DNA of 64,000 nucleotides from Escherichia coli (GTDB lineage Bacteria; Pseudomonadota; Gammaproteobacteria; Enterobacterales; Enterobacteriaceae): NCBI RefSeq assembly GCF_003334335.1, contig NZ_QOWQ01000029.1; one strand, 5' to 3'. Shown piece by piece: positions 60,096 to 64,000 of this stretch (position 1 is its first letter; each line of letters starts with the position of its first letter). The notes under the pieces were generated by a model. It saw only the letters and a program-made list of their open reading frames with translations, ran no database searches and was not told where the DNA came from. The position numbers and the translations under genes were made by a program.

Positions 60096-61076
60096 ATGGC
60101 ACAACGAGTACAGCTCACTGCAACGGTGTCCGAAAACCAACTCGGTCAACGCTTAGATCAGGCTTTGGCCGAAATGTTCCCGGATTATTCACGTTCGCGA
60201 ATAAAAGAATGGATCCTCGACCAGCGAGTGCTGGTTAACGGCAAAGTTTGTGATAAGCCGAAAGAAAAAGTATTGGGTGGCGAGCAGGTTGCCATCAACG
60301 CTGAGATTGAAGAAGAAGCGCGTTTTGAACCGCAGGATATCCCGCTGGATATCGTCTATGAAGATGAAGACATTATTATCATTAATAAACCGCGCGACCT
60401 GGTGGTACATCCTGGCGCGGGTAACCCGGATGGCACGGTACTGAATGCGTTGCTTCATTACTATCCACCCATTGCCGATGTACCGCGTGCGGGCATCGTC
60501 CATCGTCTGGATAAAGACACCACTGGCCTGATGGTTGTGGCAAAAACCGTTCCGGCTCAGACGCGTTTAGTCGAATCTTTGCAACGGCGTGAAATTACTC
60601 GTGAGTATGAAGCGGTGGCGATTGGTCATATGACCGCAGGTGGCACGGTGGACGAGCCAATCAGTCGCCACCCGACCAAACGTACCCATATGGCGGTGCA
60701 TCCGATGGGCAAACCAGCGGTGACTCACTATCGCATCATGGAACACTTCCGTGTGCACACGCGTCTGCGGTTGCGTCTGGAAACTGGACGTACGCACCAG
60801 ATCCGCGTGCATATGGCCCATATCACTCATCCGCTGGTGGGCGATCCGGTTTATGGTGGCCGTCCGCGTCCGCCAAAAGGTGCTTCGGAAGCATTTATCT
60901 CCACGCTGCGTAAGTTTGACCGCCAGGCGCTACATGCAACCATGCTGCGTCTTTATCACCCGATCTCCGGCATCGAAATGGAATGGCATGCGCCTATTCC
61001 ACAAGATATGGTGGAGCTGATTGAGGTGATGCGCGCCGATTTCGAAGAACATAAGGATGAAGTGGACTGGTTATGA
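60096..61076 (+). CDS. rluD: 23S rRNA pseudouridine synthase RluD
   Basis: 326-aa ORF with catalytic HRLDKDTTGL motif. Confidence 0.95.
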   Translation: MAQRVQLTATVSENQLGQRLDQALAEMFPDYSRSRIKEWILDQRVLVNGKVCDKPKEKVLGGEQVAINAEIEEEARFEPQDIPLDIVYEDEDIIIINKPRDLVVHPGAGNPDGTVLNALLHYYPPIADVPRAGIVHRLDKDTTGLMVVAKTVPAQTRLVESLQRREITREYEAVAIGHMTAGGTVDEPISRHPTKRTHMAVHPMGKPAVTHYRIMEHFRVHTRLRLRLETGRTHQIRVHMAHITHPLVGDPVYGGRPRPPKGASEAFISTLRKFDRQALHATMLRLYHPISGIEMEWHAPIPQDMVELIEVMRADFEEHKDEVDWL

Positions 61077-61804
61077 GTAAGCTGATTGTCCCGCAGTGGC
61101 CGCAGCCAAAAGGTGTTGCGGCCTGTAGCTCCACTCGTATCGGCGGCGTGAGCTTGCCCCCGTATGACTCACTCAACCTCGGTGCCCATTGTGGCGATAA
61201 CCCGGATCACGTTGAGGAGAATCGCAAGCGACTTTTTGCTGCGGGCAATTTGCCTTCTAAACCGGTCTGGCTTGAGCAGGTACACGGCAAAGATGTGCTT
61301 AAGCTCACTGGCGAACCTTATGCCTCAAAACGGGCGGATGCCTCTTATAGCAATACGCCCGGCACGGTTTGCGCAGTGATGACTGCCGACTGCCTCCCTG
61401 TGCTGTTTTGCAATCGAGCGGGAACGGAAGTCGCCGCCGCTCATGCTGGCTGGCGTGGACTGTGCGCAGGCGTGCTGGAAGAGACGGTTTCCTGTTTTGC
61501 TGATAATCCGGAAAATATTCTCGCCTGGTTAGGGCCGGCAATTGGTCCACGCGCGTTCGAAGTGGGGGGGGAGGTTCGCGAGGCGTTTATGGCAGTAGAC
61601 GCTAAAGCAAGTGCAGCTTTCATTCAGCATGGTGATAAGTATCTGGCGGATATTTATCAGCTTGCCCGGCAGCGTCTGGCGAACGTGGGTGTTGAGCAAA
61701 TTTTCGGCGGCGACCGTTGTACATATACGGAAAATGAGACTTTCTTCTCTTATCGTCGCGACAAGACCACCGGTCGTATGGCAAGTTTCATTTGGCTGAT
61801 ATAA
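61073..61804 (+). CDS. yfiH: Purine nucleoside phosphorylase YfiH/PgeF (DUF152)
   Basis: 243-aa ORF overlapping the rluD stop. Confidence 0.9.
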   Translation: MSKLIVPQWPQPKGVAACSSTRIGGVSLPPYDSLNLGAHCGDNPDHVEENRKRLFAAGNLPSKPVWLEQVHGKDVLKLTGEPYASKRADASYSNTPGTVCAVMTADCLPVLFCNRAGTEVAAAHAGWRGLCAGVLEETVSCFADNPENILAWLGPAIGPRAFEVGGEVREAFMAVDAKASAAFIQHGDKYLADIYQLARQRLANVGVEQIFGGDRCTYTENETFFSYRRDKTTGRMASFIWLI

Positions 61805-61865
61805 CCTAAAGAATCAAGACGATCCGGTACGCGTGATTTTCTTTTCACATTAATCTGGTCAATAA

Positions 61866-61895
61866 CCTTGAATAATTGAGGGATGACCTCATTTA
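61866..61895 (+). promoter_or_regulatory. sigma32 heat-shock promoter of clpB
   Basis: ccttgaa -35 and cctcattta -10 with about 14-nt spacing, upstream of the clpB ATG. Confidence 0.65.
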
Positions 61896-61933
61896 ATCTC
61901 CAGTAGCAACTTTGATCCGTTATGGGAGGAGTT

Positions 61934-64000
61934 ATGCGTCTGGATCGTCTTACTAATAAATTCCAGCTTGCTCTTGCCGATGCCCAATCACTTGCACTCG
62001 GGCACGACAACCAATTTATCGAACCACTTCATTTAATGAGCGCCCTGCTGAATCAGGAAGGGGGTTCGGTTAGTCCTTTATTAACATCCGCTGGCATAAA
62101 TGCTGGCCAGTTGCGCACAGATATCAATCAGGCATTAAATCGTTTACCGCAGGTTGAAGGTACTGGTGGTGATGTCCAGCCATCACAGGATCTGGTGCGC
62201 GTTCTTAATCTTTGCGACAAGCTGGCGCAAAAACGTGGTGATAACTTTATCTCGTCAGAACTGTTCGTTCTGGCGGCACTTGAGTCTCGCGGCACGCTGG
62301 CCGACATCCTGAAAGCAGCAGGGGCGACCACCGCCAACATTACTCAAGCGATTGAACAAATGCGTGGAGGTGAAAGCGTGAACGATCAAGGTGCTGAAGA
62401 CCAACGTCAGGCTTTGAAAAAATATACCATCGACCTTACCGAACGAGCCGAACAGGGCAAACTCGATCCGGTGATTGGTCGTGATGAAGAAATTCGCCGT
62501 ACCATTCAGGTGCTGCAACGTCGTACTAAAAATAACCCGGTACTGATTGGTGAACCCGGCGTCGGTAAAACTGCCATCGTTGAAGGTCTGGCGCAGCGTA
62601 TTATCAACGGCGAAGTGCCGGAAGGGTTGAAAGGCCGCCGGGTACTGGCGCTGGATATGGGCGCGCTGGTGGCTGGGGCGAAATATCGCGGTGAGTTTGA
62701 AGAACGTTTAAAAGGCGTGCTTAACGATCTTGCCAAACAGGAAGGCAACGTCATCCTATTTATCGACGAATTACATACCATGGTCGGCGCGGGTAAAGCC
62801 GATGGCGCAATGGACGCCGGAAACATGCTGAAACCGGCGCTGGCGCGTGGTGAATTGCACTGCGTAGGTGCCACGACGCTTGACGAATATCGCCAGTACA
62901 TTGAAAAAGATGCTGCGCTGGAACGTCGTTTCCAGAAAGTGTTTGTTGCCGAGCCTTCTGTTGAAGATACCATTGCGATTCTGCGTGGCCTGAAAGAACG
63001 TTACGAATTGCACCACCATGTGCAAATTACTGACCCGGCAATTGTTGCAGCGGCGACGTTGTCTCATCGCTACATTGCTGACCGTCAGCTGCCGGATAAA
63101 GCCATCGACCTGATCGATGAAGCAGCATCCAGCATTCGTATGCAGATTGACTCAAAACCAGAAGAACTCGACCGACTCGATCGTCGTATCATCCAGCTCA
63201 AACTGGAACAACAGGCGTTAATGAAAGAGTCTGATGAAGCCAGTAAAAAACGTCTGGATATGCTCAACGAAGAACTGAGCGACAAAGAACGTCAGTACTC
63301 CGAGTTAGAAGAAGAGTGGAAAGCAGAGAAGGCATCGCTTTCTGGTACGCAGACCATTAAAGCGGAACTGGAACAGGCGAAAATCGCTATTGAACAGGCT
63401 CGCCGTGTGGGGGACCTGGCGCGGATGTCTGAACTGCAATACGGCAAAATCCCGGAACTGGAAAAGCAACTGGAAGCCGCAACGCAGCTCGAAGGCAAAA
63501 CTATGCGTCTGTTGCGTAATAAAGTGACCGACGCCGAAATTGCTGAAGTGCTGGCGCGTTGGACGGGGATTCCGGTTTCTCGCATGATGGAAAGCGAGCG
63601 CGAAAAACTGCTGCGTATGGAGCAAGAACTGCACCATCGCGTAATTGGTCAGAACGAAGCGGTTGATGCGGTATCTAACGCTATTCGTCGTAGCCGTGCG
63701 GGGCTGGCGGATCCAAATCGCCCGATTGGTTCATTCCTGTTCCTCGGCCCAACTGGTGTGGGGAAAACAGAGCTTTGTAAGGCGCTGGCGAACTTTATGT
63801 TTGATAGCGACGAGGCGATGGTCCGTATCGATATGTCCGAGTTTATGGAGAAACACTCGGTGTCTCGTTTGGTTGGTGCGCCTCCGGGATATGTCGGTTA
63901 TGAAGAAGGTGGCTACCTGACCGAAGCGGTGCGTCGTCGTCCGTATTCCGTCATCCTGCTGGATGAAGTGGAAAAAGCGCATCCGGATGTCTTCAACATT
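61934..64000 (+). CDS. clpB: Disaggregase ClpB, 5' portion only (runs off the window end)
   Basis: Frame from ATG 61934: [36 protein letters not shown]... with Walker A GEPGVGKT; absent from the ORF track because no stop lies within the window. Confidence 0.95.

Noticed and set aside
62128..63637. Several minus-strand ORFs of 66-155 aa at the right end of the window
   Set aside because: All lie antisense within clpB, whose plus-strand frame is continuous from 61934 to the window end; clpB is missing from the ORF track only because it lacks an in-window stop.

Overview
This window is an Escherichia coli K-12-like chromosomal segment, recognised from gene order and protein sequences (not from any database search). 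It runs, in reverse-complement orientation relative to MG1655 at roughly 2.73-2.82 Mb, from the tRNA-Arg array through yqaBA-gshA, micA, luxS, emrAB-mprA, ygaZH, ygaY, proVWX, nrdHIEF, ygaM/ygaC/alaE, stpA, ygaPV, yqaE, kbp, csiR-gabPTD-lhgO-csiD, then ssrA-smpB, ratAB, bamE, recN, nadK, grpE, yfjD, ypjD, ffh, the rpsP-rimM-trmD-rplS operon, yfiBNR, yfiL, aroF-tyrA, pheLA, raiA, bamD, rluD, yfiH and the 5' part of clpB. Almost all of it is ordinary core genome. The one accessory stretch is a visibly AT-rich island at about 29.3-40.1 kb, between csiD and ssrA, anchored on tRNA-Ile2 (ileY). It holds a GH13 alpha-amylase-family gene interrupted only by three in-frame TAG codons, a 457-codon frame (ypjC/ypjB-like) split by a single TAG, an IS3-transposase remnant joined to a Pin-type invertase remnant, and the large autotransporter ypjA. 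ypjA ends about 160 bp from the 3' end of ssrA, so the CP4-57-type prophage site there appears unoccupied. I found no CRISPR array, no rRNA and no intact mobile element. I did not find a convincing novel multi-gene system; the most unusual signal is the recurrent amber-only interruption of the island genes.
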